Under the pieces are notes generated by a model that was not told the origin of the DNA, ran no database searches, and was given only the letters and a program-made list of their open reading frames with translations. The translations under genes and the position numbers were made by a program. DNA of 64,000 bases from Phenylobacterium sp. (GTDB taxonomy: Bacteria; Pseudomonadota; Alphaproteobacteria; Caulobacterales; Caulobacteraceae). Positions 20,941-30,069 of the stretch are shown here, in pieces. Within the stretch, counting starts at the first letter, position 1; the number at the start of each line of letters is the position of its first letter. Location: the NCBI RefSeq assembly GCF_020401865.1, contig NZ_JADCAS010000003.1. One strand, written 5' to 3'.

Positions 20941-21960
20941 TCAATCCGCAGATCGTCCAGACAGGAGCCTTCGCCGGTACTCGCCCCCTGAACAGCCGAA
21001 CCAGCGCCTGCAGGAACGACCAAAATTAGCGCTGTCGCTGTAGCCGAGGCGGTAACCGATCTCCTCGGCCGTGAGCGCCCCTTCCTTCAGGAGCATTTCG
21101 GCCCTGGCGCGGCGGGCATCGTCGACCAAACTCCGATAGCTGGCGCCCACCTCGCCTAGTCGCCGCACCAGCGTTCGGCTTGAGATCCGCAAGGCGCTCG
21201 CCATTTCGGGCAGAGCGGGCATCTCCTCCGCTGCCGACAGGCGCTGCCGTACTTGCGCGACCAATGCGCCTTCCGTGTCGATGGCGTGCGCCAGGCGCTG
21301 CAGTTGACCCCTGGCGAGTTGGAAGAGCTCCGGGTCCGCCAGGGGGGATCTCTTGGTCAGCATCCAGGGATCGAATGATAGTGATGTCTCTCTGCAGGAG
21401 AAATTAAGCTCGCCCATTAGAAATGCAGGATATCTATCGGCGTAATCCGGAGCCGGAAAGAATGTCTCTATGGATATGGATATGGATCTGGAACTCGGTC
21501 CAATAAAATTCCGAAGCGTGCTTTGAATTCCAACCAACGTGGCCTCATGGATGGGCAGGATACAAGCCTCATCCAGTATTCCCGTGTCGATGAATCTCAG
21601 CATGACCCGCGGAGAATGACGACAGATCGCGAACCGAATGAATGGCGTCCGCACGTGGCCATAACTGGCGATCAAATCCAGCGCGTCTGAGAGCGTCGCT
21701 GCGCTCTGGACGCCTACGCCGAGCGGTCCGTGAGCGGCGGAGTCGAAGAGCGCGCCCAGCTTCAGCCCCCAGCCGGGTGGAAGGACAGAGGCAAGCTTGC
21801 TGAGCTGAGCGGCCTGCTGACGGACGTCGATGACGGGAGAGTCCGGATCGCGACCGCCTGCGCCCAGCGCCTCTCTTACCTCTGGCGACGCCCCCCACTC
21901 CCGCAGGACGAGTGCGGAATACGAACTCGGCATGGGAAGGGCTGACGCTGGCAAGGTCAT
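20941..21960 (-). CDS. AraC family transcriptional regulator (OruR/VqsM-like)
   Basis: N-terminal HGPLGVGVQSAATL and C-terminal double HTH (MASALRISSRTLVRRL...IGYRLGYSDSANFGRSCRRWFG). Confidence 0.88.
   Translation of the reverse strand: MTLPASALPMPSSYSALVLREWGASPEVREALGAGGRDPDSPVIDVRQQAAQLSKLASVLPPGWGLKLGALFDSAAHGPLGVGVQSAATLSDALDLIASYGHVRTPFIRFAICRHSPRVMLRFIDTGILDEACILPIHEATLVGIQSTLRNFIGPSSRSISISIETFFPAPDYADRYPAFLMGELNFSCRETSLSFDPWMLTKRSPLADPELFQLARGQLQRLAHAIDTEGALVAQVRQRLSAAEEMPALPEMASALRISSRTLVRRLGEVGASYRSLVDDARRARAEMLLKEGALTAEEIGYRLGYSDSANFGRSCRRWFGCSGGEYRRRLLSGRSAD
21470..21487. repeat. In-frame hexamer microsatellite (ATGGAT)x3 inside the AraC gene
   Basis: Three exact copies, encoding SISISI on the minus strand. 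Confidence 0.6.
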
Positions 21961-22082
21961 GGCCTGAAATGACCAGAATCTGGCGGGTTGTCCACTGGCC
22001 GGGCGGACCTGGGACACGAGATGCTCGCCAGAGAGCGAACGCGACGTGGATCTGGACGTCTCGAACCCGGGGGCACAACACC

Positions 22083-23294
22083 ATGAAGCCGATAAACTAC
22101 CATCTGAGAGCCACTCTGCTGCCGGAAGGGCGACAGCAGACTGACCTGTGGATCGTGAATGGCCGCTTCACATTCTCCCCAGCGCCAGACGCCGTCTCAT
22201 TACCCTGCGCCTTCATGGCTCCCGGCCTTGTTGATGGACATGTCCATCTGTCTCTCGATTTCGCCAACACCGGGCTGAAACCCCACAGTCCGGAGCTCGT
22301 TCTTCACAATGCCCAGCGCCATCTCCGCTCGGGCGTGACGGCCTTGCGAGACGCCGGTTACGTGCAGCAACTCAACCTCACCGACGTTGAGCTCCCGCCG
22401 ATGCCCATCATCCTGCGGAGCGGCTGGATGCACGTACCCGAAGGTCGCTTCTTCCCCGGGGTGGATGTCGGCAAGTCAACCGCTCCGGATGAGCTTCTCG
22501 CGCGCTTCGAGGAAGTGGCGGCGCATGGCCTTAAGTGGTTCAAGATCATCGCTGATTTTCCAGGTCCGGAGATGGACCTCTTCCAAGCGCCGCTGACCTA
22601 TCCCCTCGAGATTGTCCGCAGTGTCGTAGAGGCAGCCCACAAGGCAGGTGTTCGCGTTCTCGCCCACAGCACGGGATCAAATGTCTCTGAGATCGTGGCG
22701 ACCGGCGTCGACTCCATTGAGCATGGGTCAAACATCACGCCGGACGTGGTGCGCGAAATGGCGGCGCGCGGAACCCAGTGGTGTCCGACAATCGCCACCG
22801 TTGAAGGATTCCTGAAGGCTGCAGAGACAAAGGGCCTGCCAGGCGCAGTCCGGGAGGCCTACTCCCGACGGACGCAGGACGCCCTTGAGACGGCGATCGC
22901 CTTGGGCGTGCCGGTGTTGGTCGGATCCGACGAACTTCCGCATGGCCGAATTGACCTCGAGATTGACGCCATGGTGCGACATGGCCTGAGCGTGGATGAG
23001 GCCCTGCGGTCGGCGACCACCGTCGGGCGTAAGGCCCTAGACCTTCCCGGCGTCGAGGAAGGGGCGCCCGCCGACATGGTGTTGTGGGAAACCGATCCGC
23101 GTTCTGATCTTTCGCGCCTGTCTTCGCCTTCTCATGTCCTGGGCAACGGCGTCCTTGTTGACCTGACGCAGGTCGATATCGGGCAAGGGTTAGCGCAGTC
23201 CCTGCGAGAACGCATGGGCGATAGGTCCTTCGAGCAACAGGCCAAGGATGACGCCTGCGTCTTTGCCGCATCTCATGACCACAAGCATGGGTAG
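22083..23294 (+). CDS. Amidohydrolase family metal-dependent hydrolase
   Basis: PGLVDGHVH (HxH), bridging Lys in FKIIAD, LAHS, SIEHG, VGSD and GAPADMVL. Confidence 0.85.
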   Translation: MKPINYHLRATLLPEGRQQTDLWIVNGRFTFSPAPDAVSLPCAFMAPGLVDGHVHLSLDFANTGLKPHSPELVLHNAQRHLRSGVTALRDAGYVQQLNLTDVELPPMPIILRSGWMHVPEGRFFPGVDVGKSTAPDELLARFEEVAAHGLKWFKIIADFPGPEMDLFQAPLTYPLEIVRSVVEAAHKAGVRVLAHSTGSNVSEIVATGVDSIEHGSNITPDVVREMAARGTQWCPTIATVEGFLKAAETKGLPGAVREAYSRRTQDALETAIALGVPVLVGSDELPHGRIDLEIDAMVRHGLSVDEALRSATTVGRKALDLPGVEEGAPADMVLWETDPRSDLSRLSSPSHVLGNGVLVDLTQVDIGQGLAQSLRERMGDRSFEQQAKDDACVFAASHDHKHG

Positions 23295-24294
23295 GCGCGA
23301 TACCTCCCCGGCCGCTCAAGTCGTGGAATGCGACTCCCTCGACGTCCATGTCTTGCTCGACAACACGACCGATCTGACCTCGAGTTCCGGTTCGATGGTG
23401 ACCTCGCACCTCGGCAACGCCCTCCGCCGGCGACCTCGGTTTGGGCTGACCGGAACATGCCTCTGTTGTGCGAACTGGGGATTATCCCTGGCGCTCGACA
23501 TCCAGGCCAATGGCGAAACAAGGCGCGTGATGTTCGACGCCGGGCCGGATTGCGAGAGCCTGAGGCGCAATGCGCGGATTCTGGCTTACGACCTGACGCA
23601 GTTCGATGCGGTCGTGCTCTCACACGGGCACTGGGATCACGCTGGGGGACTGACCGAGCCCTTCACGCAGCAGAGGCGGCGATCCACCGTCAAGGTCACC
23701 GAGTTTCACGCGAACCATTCGATGTTCGTCCGGCGCGGGATGCGAACGGCGCCGGACAGGGTTGTTCCCTTCCGCTCCCCTCCCTCGCCCGAACGGCTTC
23801 GGGGTTTGGGGGCCAAGCTGATCATCGAAGAGACCGCGAGGGTCCTGGCTGACGGATACGCTTACCTCAGTGGCGAAATCCCACGCCTGACCGAGTACGA
23901 AGTGGGACTTCCGGGGCACGTCGCCATGCGGTCGAAGTCATCGGAATGGACCGACGACCCCTTGATCCTGGATGAGCGCTGGCTCGCGGTAAAGGTGCGA
24001 GACAAGGGCGTGATTGTATTCTCCGCATGCTCGCACGCAGGTGTCGTCAACGTCCTTCGGCACGCCAGGACGGTCTTTCCGGATATACCTCTATTCGCAG
24101 TGATGGGGGGGCTGCATCTCTCCGGACAGCCGAACGAGCAGATCATTGATCGCACGGTGGAGGATCTGGCCGACTTCTCGCTGGAGCGCATCATACCTGG
24201 CCATTGCACCGGTTGGCGCGCCATCACTGCGCTGGCGCAGCGATTTGGAGATCGGGTCACACCGCTCTCAGTTGGCCAAACCCATCTTTTCTGA
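23287..24294 (+). CDS. MBL-fold metallo-hydrolase (DHPS-like MBL subfamily)
   Basis: Start overlaps the upstream stop (ATGGGTAG). MFDAGP, SHGHWDHAGG, SACSHAGVVN, GGLHL and PGHCTG; Cys-rich CLCCANWGLS. Confidence 0.82.
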   Translation: MGRRDTSPAAQVVECDSLDVHVLLDNTTDLTSSSGSMVTSHLGNALRRRPRFGLTGTCLCCANWGLSLALDIQANGETRRVMFDAGPDCESLRRNARILAYDLTQFDAVVLSHGHWDHAGGLTEPFTQQRRRSTVKVTEFHANHSMFVRRGMRTAPDRVVPFRSPPSPERLRGLGAKLIIEETARVLADGYAYLSGEIPRLTEYEVGLPGHVAMRSKSSEWTDDPLILDERWLAVKVRDKGVIVFSACSHAGVVNVLRHARTVFPDIPLFAVMGGLHLSGQPNEQIIDRTVEDLADFSLERIIPGHCTGWRAITALAQRFGDRVTPLSVGQTHLF

Positions 24295-24302
24295 GGAAGA
24301 GG

Positions 24303-24776
24303 ATGACCTCCATGCGTGTTTCATCTGACCAGACGCTTTCCAGGCCCTGGGAGGTCTTGCTGCAGGCGACGCTAGCGGGACTGACAGGAATGGGACTACT
24401 CCTGTTGCTAGCCCCCTCGATCGGCGAGAAATTCTTCTATCTCGTCTACTATGGCGCTCTCCAGCCGCCTGAACCCTTCTCCGATGAAGCCCACAGGTAC
24501 ATCCGTTTCGCTCACGGGGTTCTGGGCGCCATGATGCTGGGGTGGATGGTGCTGATCCACCGGCTGGCGCGGATCTCTCCCTACGGTCCGCCAGCTTCAA
24601 ACTGGACGCTGATCCGTGTTTCGATCGGGACCTGGTTCGTGATCGATACGACATTCTCGGTCCTTCACGGCGTTTACGGAAACGTGTTGCTCAACCTCGC
24701 ATGTGCGATCGGGATACTGGTTCCCCTGCACTTCGGCTTGCGCGCACCCGCGAAGGCAGAGCGGACCCCGGACTGA
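24303..24776 (+). CDS. Hypothetical integral membrane protein (about 4 TM)
   Basis: SD upstream. Hydrophobic segments (GVLGAMMLGWMVL; WFVIDTTFS..HGVYGNVLLN). Last gene of the lower-GC block. Confidence 0.65.
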   Translation: MTSMRVSSDQTLSRPWEVLLQATLAGLTGMGLLLLLAPSIGEKFFYLVYYGALQPPEPFSDEAHRYIRFAHGVLGAMMLGWMVLIHRLARISPYGPPASNWTLIRVSIGTWFVIDTTFSVLHGVYGNVLLNLACAIGILVPLHFGLRAPAKAERTPD

Positions 24777-24815
24777 CCCCCTCGAAACGGAAGGGGAACA
24801 TGCTAGAACCGCGGC

Positions 24816-27272
24816 ATGGCCGACGCCGCCTCGGATTCCCCTCTCCTGCCCTCCCGTTTCGTGGACTGGTTCGCGGCGCAGGGCTGGTCGCCGCGCGCCC
24901 ACCAGCTGGAGATGGTCGCCCGGGCGCGGGCGGGCCGGGACGCCCTGCTGATCGCCCCGACCGGGGGCGGCAAAACCCTGGCCGGCTTCCTGCCCACCCT
25001 GGTGGAGCTGGAGGCCCGCCCCCGCAGCGAGCGGCGCGGGGTTCACACCCTCTACATCTCGCCGCTCAAGGCCCTGGCCGTGGACGTGGAGCGAAACCTC
25101 GCCCGGCCGATCCGGGAGATGGGGCTGGACATCACCGCCGAAAGCCGGACGGGCGACACCGGGATCGCCCGGCGCCAACGGCAGAAGATGCGGCCCCCCG
25201 ACATCCTTCTGACGACGCCGGAGCAGCTGGCCCTGTTCTGCGCCTGGGAAGGCTCGCGCCTCTATTTCGAGGACCTGGCCTGCGTGGTCATCGACGAGAT
25301 CCACGCCCTGCACGCCTCCAAGCGGGGGGATCTGCTCGCCCTGGGGCTAGCGCGCCTGTCGGCCCTGGCGCCGGGCATGCGGCGCATCGGCCTGTCGGCG
25401 ACCGTCGACGACCCGGACGTCATCCGCCGGTGGATGGGCTGCGGCGACCGGCCCGTGGACCTGGTCCGCGGCCCGCCCGGCGCCCCGCCGGAGGTGGATC
25501 TGTTGCTGTCCAACGGGCGCACGCCCTGGGCGGGGCACACGGCCCAGCACGCCATGGCCGAGGTCTACGACGCCATCCGCAGGGCCCGGACGGCCCTGGT
25601 CTTCGTCAACACCCGCTTCCAGGCCGAATTCGCCTTCCAGGAGCTGTGGAAGCTAAACGAGGAGAACCTGCCCATCGCCCTGCACCACGGCAGCCTGGCG
25701 CCCGAGCAGAGGCGCAAGGTCGAGGCGGCCATGGTCCGGGGCGAGCTGAAGGCGGTGGTCTGCACCTCCACCCTGGACCTCGGCATCGACTGGGGCGACG
25801 TGGATCTGGTCATCCAGCTGGCCTCGCCCAAGGGCGCCAGCCGCATGGTGCAGAGGATCGGCCGGGCCAACCACCGCCTGGACGAGCCCAGCCGCGCCCT
25901 CTTCGTGCCCGCCAACCGGTTCGAGACCCTGGAGTGCCAGGCGGCCCGGGAGTGCATCGCCGAGAACCGGCTGGACGGCGAGCCCCTGAGGACCGGCGCC
26001 CTGGACGTCCTGGCCCAGCACCTGCTGGGCTGCGCCTGCGCCGAGCCCTTCGACGCGGCGGCGATGCTGACGGAAGCGCGCACCGCCGGGCCCTACCGGG
26101 GCCTGTCCGCCGCGGACTTCGACCTCACCCTCGACCTCACCGCCACCGGGGGCTACGCCCTGCAGGCCTACGACCGCTTCCGCCGGATGGTGCGCAACCC
26201 CGAGGGCCGCTGGTGCGTTCGCAACGGGGAGACTGCCCGTCGCCACCGGCTGAACCTGGGCGCCATCCTGTCGCCGGAGATGCTCTCGGTCCGCATCGCC
26301 CAGGGCGCACGCCTCGTCGGCGGCCGCAAGATCGGGGAGATCGAGGAAGGCTATTTCGAGATGCTGGACCCCGGCGACACCTTCGTCTTCGCGGGCCAGG
26401 TCTGGAGCCTTGCGGCCATCGCCGGCATGGATGTTCTGGTCCGGCCCGCCCGGGATACGGACCCCAAGATGCCCTCGTGGGGCGGCTCCAAGTTCGCCCT
26501 GTCCAGCCACCTCGCCCGAAGGGTGCGTCGGATGATGTCGGACGAGACGGCCTGGACGGTCCTGCCCCCGGACGTGCGCGAATGGCTGGGCCTGCAGCGC
26601 CTGCGCTCGCGCATCGTGGCTGAAGACGAGATGCTGGTGGAGACCTTCCCGAGGGGTCGCCGCCACTTCCTGGTGGCCTATCCCTTCGAGGGGCGGCTGG
26701 CCCACACCACCCTGGCCATGCTGCTGACCCGCCGGCTGGAGCGGGCGGGCGCCCAGCCCCTGGGCTTTGTCTGCAACGACTACGCCCTGGCCGTCTGGTC
26801 GCTGAAGCCCATGGACGAGGTCGACATGGACGACCTGTTCGCCCAGGACATGCTGGGCGATGACCTTGAGGACTGGCTGGCCGAGAGCTTCATGATGAAG
26901 AGGGCCTTCAAGGGCTGCGCCATCATCGCCGGTCTGATCGAGCGGCGGTTCCCCGGCGAGCCGCGCAAGTCGGGGCGGCAGGTGACCTTCTCCACCGACC
27001 TGATCTACGACGTGTTGCGCCGCCACCAGCCCGACCACCTCCTCCTGAGGTGCGCCCGGCAAGACGCCGCCGAGGGGATGATCGACGCCGCCCGCCTCGG
27101 CGATCTCCTGGCCCGGGTGTCCGGACGCGTCCGCCACGTCGCGCTTGAGCGGCTGTCGCCCTTCGCCGTGCCCATGTTGATGGAGATCGGAAAGGAGCGC
27201 TCTCCGGGCCAGGCCGGCGACGCCATCCTGGCCGAGGCCGAAAGCGAGCTGATCGCCGAGGCCCTGGCGTGA
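24816..27272 (+). CDS. lhr: Ligase-associated DNA damage response DEXH-box helicase (Lhr)
   Basis: APTGGGKT, SPLKAL, RTGDT, DEIH, LSAT, HHGSL, LDLGIDWG and QRIGRANH motifs. Confidence 0.92.
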   Translation: MADAASDSPLLPSRFVDWFAAQGWSPRAHQLEMVARARAGRDALLIAPTGGGKTLAGFLPTLVELEARPRSERRGVHTLYISPLKALAVDVERNLARPIREMGLDITAESRTGDTGIARRQRQKMRPPDILLTTPEQLALFCAWEGSRLYFEDLACVVIDEIHALHASKRGDLLALGLARLSALAPGMRRIGLSATVDDPDVIRRWMGCGDRPVDLVRGPPGAPPEVDLLLSNGRTPWAGHTAQHAMAEVYDAIRRARTALVFVNTRFQAEFAFQELWKLNEENLPIALHHGSLAPEQRRKVEAAMVRGELKAVVCTSTLDLGIDWGDVDLVIQLASPKGASRMVQRIGRANHRLDEPSRALFVPANRFETLECQAARECIAENRLDGEPLRTGALDVLAQHLLGCACAEPFDAAAMLTEARTAGPYRGLSAADFDLTLDLTATGGYALQAYDRFRRMVRNPEGRWCVRNGETARRHRLNLGAILSPEMLSVRIAQGARLVGGRKIGEIEEGYFEMLDPGDTFVFAGQVWSLAAIAGMDVLVRPARDTDPKMPSWGGSKFALSSHLARRVRRMMSDETAWTVLPPDVREWLGLQRLRSRIVAEDEMLVETFPRGRRHFLVAYPFEGRLAHTTLAMLLTRRLERAGAQPLGFVCNDYALAVWSLKPMDEVDMDDLFAQDMLGDDLEDWLAESFMMKRAFKGCAIIAGLIERRFPGEPRKSGRQVTFSTDLIYDVLRRHQPDHLLLRCARQDAAEGMIDAARLGDLLARVSGRVRHVALERLSPFAVPMLMEIGKERSPGQAGDAILAEAESELIAEALA

Positions 27273-27994
27273 GCCCGGTGGAAGCCCTCGGCCTGCGCCC
27301 CGCGGCGGACGGCGCCCTGGAACTGGTCCTGGCGGGGGAGGCGGCGCGCCTGCTGCCGTCGGGAGCCCTCGTCCTTTCGGCGTGGTCCGCCCTGGTCGTC
27401 GCCGACCTGCACCTGGAGAAGGGCTCGGCCTTCGCCGGCAGGGGCCAGCTTCTGCCCCCGCTGGACACCCGCGAGACCCTGCGGCGGCTGGCGGTCGACG
27501 CTGCGGCTGTGGCGCCGGAGCGGATTCTCTTCCTGGGCGACGCCTTCCATGACCGCGAGGCCTCACGCCGGATGTCGGAGGCGGACCGACAGGCCCTGGA
27601 GGACCTGGGCCGCACGGCGGACCTGGTCTGGATAACAGGCAACCACGACCCGGAGCCTGACGGGGATCTGCCGGGGGGCGCGGCGGACGAGGTGCGCCTG
27701 GGCGCACTGGTCCTGCGGCATGAACCCCTTCCCGCGCCGGCGCCCGGTGAGATCGCCGGGCACCTGCATCCCTGCGCCCGCATCGCCACGCCCCGCGGAG
27801 CGGTGCGGCGCCGGTGCCTGGTCACGGACGGGGAGCGGGCCATCCTGCCGGCCTACGGCGCCTTCACGGGAGGCCTTAACGTGCTCGACCCGGCCTTCTC
27901 GGGGCTCTTCCGAAAGTCGCCCGTGGTGGCGGCCCTCGGCGCCCAGAGGGTGCACGCGGCCGGGATCCGGTCTCTGCGACCGGACCGCGGCTAA
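27269..27994 (+). CDS. pdeM: Ligase-associated DNA damage response endonuclease PdeM (metallophosphoesterase)
   Basis: ADLHLEKG, LGDAFHD, GNHD, RHEP, GHLHP and LPAYGAFTGG; GTG start overlaps the lhr stop. Confidence 0.9.
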   Translation: MSPVEALGLRPAADGALELVLAGEAARLLPSGALVLSAWSALVVADLHLEKGSAFAGRGQLLPPLDTRETLRRLAVDAAAVAPERILFLGDAFHDREASRRMSEADRQALEDLGRTADLVWITGNHDPEPDGDLPGGAADEVRLGALVLRHEPLPAPAPGEIAGHLHPCARIATPRGAVRRRCLVTDGERAILPAYGAFTGGLNVLDPAFSGLFRKSPVVAALGAQRVHAAGIRSLRPDRG

Positions 27995-28428
27995 ATTCGC
28001 AGGGCCTTCTCCAGGGCGAGGGCGAGGGAGACGCAGGCCGAGAAGGTCAGAAGGGTCATCAGGGCCGGGTAGCGGGACAGGGTCTGGGGGGCCCGGTCGA
28101 ACAGCCAGGCGGCGAGGTAGGCGGCGATGAAGCCTCCGATGATCCAGTCCGCCGCCAGGTAGTCCCGGGCCAGGAGAAGGCCGCCGCCCGCCAGAGGCGG
28201 CAGCATGGCGGCGGCGAGGCGCAGGAAGCGCGGCGGGTCGCGCATGGACTCCTGGCTCCAGCGGATTCCGCCGAGGAAGCCGAGCACGACGGCGGACCAG
28301 GTGAGGAGCACATGGATGGCGGCGAAGCGCAGATCGACCGGTCCGAAAGCATAGATGACGGCGGCGACGGGAAAGCCGGCGACGCCGACCAGGGCCAGGA
28401 CCCAGACCGGTGCGGGAGCCACGGGCAT
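27991..28428 (-). CDS. DUF3429 family membrane protein
   Basis: WSAVVLGFLGGIRW motif, four TM helices; start coupled to the upstream stop (TGATG). Confidence 0.75.
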   Translation of the reverse strand: MPVAPAPVWVLALVGVAGFPVAAVIYAFGPVDLRFAAIHVLLTWSAVVLGFLGGIRWSQESMRDPPRFLRLAAAMLPPLAGGGLLLARDYLAADWIIGGFIAAYLAAWLFDRAPQTLSRYPALMTLLTFSACVSLALALEKALRI

Positions 28429-29126
28429 CACACCCTCCTGAAGGCCGCAGAGGCCGCCCAGCCGGCGGCGAGCGCAATCAGCACACAAACCATACCATAG
28501 GACCAGGGTCTCTGCTGGGCAAAACCGGAGATCAAGCGCTCGACGCCGACCTTCTCGATAGTGAGGTCGCGGCCGCGACGGGCCACAGGCTTGCCGTCCT
28601 GGAAGAGAAGAACCTCCACCCGGTACCGGCCTACCGGGGCGGAGACGGGAAGGTCCACCTGGGCGCGGAACAGTCCCCGGTCGACGAAGTCGACGCCTCC
28701 AGGGTCCTCGGCGTAGAGGCCCTCCCGGGCCTTCAGGCGAATGAAGGCCTGGCGGTACTCAGCGCCCCCGGGGACGGAGAGTGGCAGGCTGTCGAGGCCG
28801 ACGCCGGCCGCGCCCAAGGTTAGCGGATCGGCGATCCGGGAGAGGTCCCGGCTGGAGGCGGTGAGATGGAAGCCCGGAGCCCCCGATACCCTGGCTGGGG
28901 CGCCGTTGAGCCAGAGGCCGGCTCGCCGCTCCCGTCGGGCGATGGAAGTCTTCTGTTCCGGGCCGCGGACCACCACGACCACGTCGGCCAGGTTCTCCCT
29001 GGGGTCGAAGACGGCCCCGAAGACGGAGATGCTGGCGCCGGAGTACCCGGCGTTGACCTCGATATTGGCGTTGGTCAGATCGGCAAGGAGCTGGACCGGC
29101 GGCGCTGGAGGAGGAAGTCCGTCCAT
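28428..29126 (-). CDS. TIGR02186 family membrane protein
   Basis: YSGASISVFGA, VVVVVRGP, GLWLNG, LFRAQVDLP and YGMVCVLIAL; follows the TauE gene as in other alphaproteobacteria. Confidence 0.8.
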   Translation of the reverse strand: MDGLPPPAPPVQLLADLTNANIEVNAGYSGASISVFGAVFDPRENLADVVVVVRGPEQKTSIARRERRAGLWLNGAPARVSGAPGFHLTASSRDLSRIADPLTLGAAGVGLDSLPLSVPGGAEYRQAFIRLKAREGLYAEDPGGVDFVDRGLFRAQVDLPVSAPVGRYRVEVLLFQDGKPVARRGRDLTIEKVGVERLISGFAQQRPWSYGMVCVLIALAAGWAASAAFRRV

Positions 29127-29127
29127 G

Positions 29128-30048
29128 TCAGGCGCCCGCCGGCAGAAGGACGAAGGGATCGCCCGGGGTCAGGATGAGGCGCAGGCCCATGGAGAGGCCG
29201 ATGGCGAGGATGATGAGTGCCAGGAGGATCCGCAGTTCCTCGGCCCGGAACCGCGAGGAAGCGCGGGCGCCCAGCTGGGCGCCGAAGACGCCCCCGAGGA
29301 CGAGGAGGCCCGTCAGGACGATGTCGACGGTCTGGTTTCGCCCCGCCTGCAGGAGGGTGGTCAGGGAGGTGGTCAGGATGATCTGGAACAGGCTGGTGCC
29401 GACGACCACCCCGGCGGGCATGCGCAGAAGATAGATCATCGCCGGGACAAGGATGAAGCCGCCGCCCACCCCCATCACCGCCGAGAGGATACCGGCGAGG
29501 GCGCCCAGGGCCAGGGGCGGCAGGACGCTGATGTAGAGGCGCGAGCGGGGAAACCGGAGGCGGAACGGAAGGCCGTAGAGCAGGGCCGGACGCCTTTGGG
29601 TCGGTGCAGGATCAGCCTCGCCGCGCCGGCGGCGGATCAGGGCCCCGATCGACTCCCGGAGCATGAGGGTCCCGATGACGCCGAGGAAGACGAGGTAGGC
29701 CAGGGCGACGGCGAGGTCGGCCTGGCCAGCCAGGCGAAGCCACCGGAAGACCTCCACTCCGGCGAGGGCGCCGATGGATCCTCCGGCGGCCAGTACGCCG
29801 CCCATCCTGAAGTCGACCCCCCGGCCGGCGGAATAGGCCAGGACGCTCGAGGTCGAGGAGGCGGCGACATGCCCGGCCATGCTGGCCACGGCGACGGGGG
29901 CGGGGACCCCGAGGAAGACCAGGATCGGTGTCATCAGGAAACCGCCGCCGATGCCTAACATTCCAGAGATGAAACCCACCAGGGCGCCAGCAGCGACCAG
30001 CAGGGGGGCGTTGACAGAGATTTCGGCGATGGGGAGATAGACGTCCAG
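29128..30048 (-). CDS. Sulfite exporter TauE/SafE family protein (probable CTG start)
   Basis: Conserved N-terminus (M)DVYLPIAEISVN begins at CTG 30048 with GGAGG upstream. GMLGIGGGFLMTP and GVGGGFILVPAM repeats. Confidence 0.85.
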   Translation of the reverse strand: MDVYLPIAEISVNAPLLVAAGALVGFISGMLGIGGGFLMTPILVFLGVPAPVAVASMAGHVAASSTSSVLAYSAGRGVDFRMGGVLAAGGSIGALAGVEVFRWLRLAGQADLAVALAYLVFLGVIGTLMLRESIGALIRRRRGEADPAPTQRRPALLYGLPFRLRFPRSRLYISVLPPLALGALAGILSAVMGVGGGFILVPAMIYLLRMPAGVVVGTSLFQIILTTSLTTLLQAGRNQTVDIVLTGLLVLGGVFGAQLGARASSRFRAEELRILLALIILAIGLSMGLRLILTPGDPFVLLPAGA

Positions 30049-30069
30049 CAGGTCCGTCCTCCGGCCGCC

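Noticed and set aside
21470-21487. (ATGGAT)3 as a phase-variation site
   Set aside because: Only three in-frame units; slippage would not shift the frame and instability is unlikely at this length.
24816-27994. lhr-pdeM without the ATP-dependent ligase and exonuclease partners
   Set aside because: A known, widespread ligase-associated DNA damage module that is often split; the partners may lie elsewhere in the genome.
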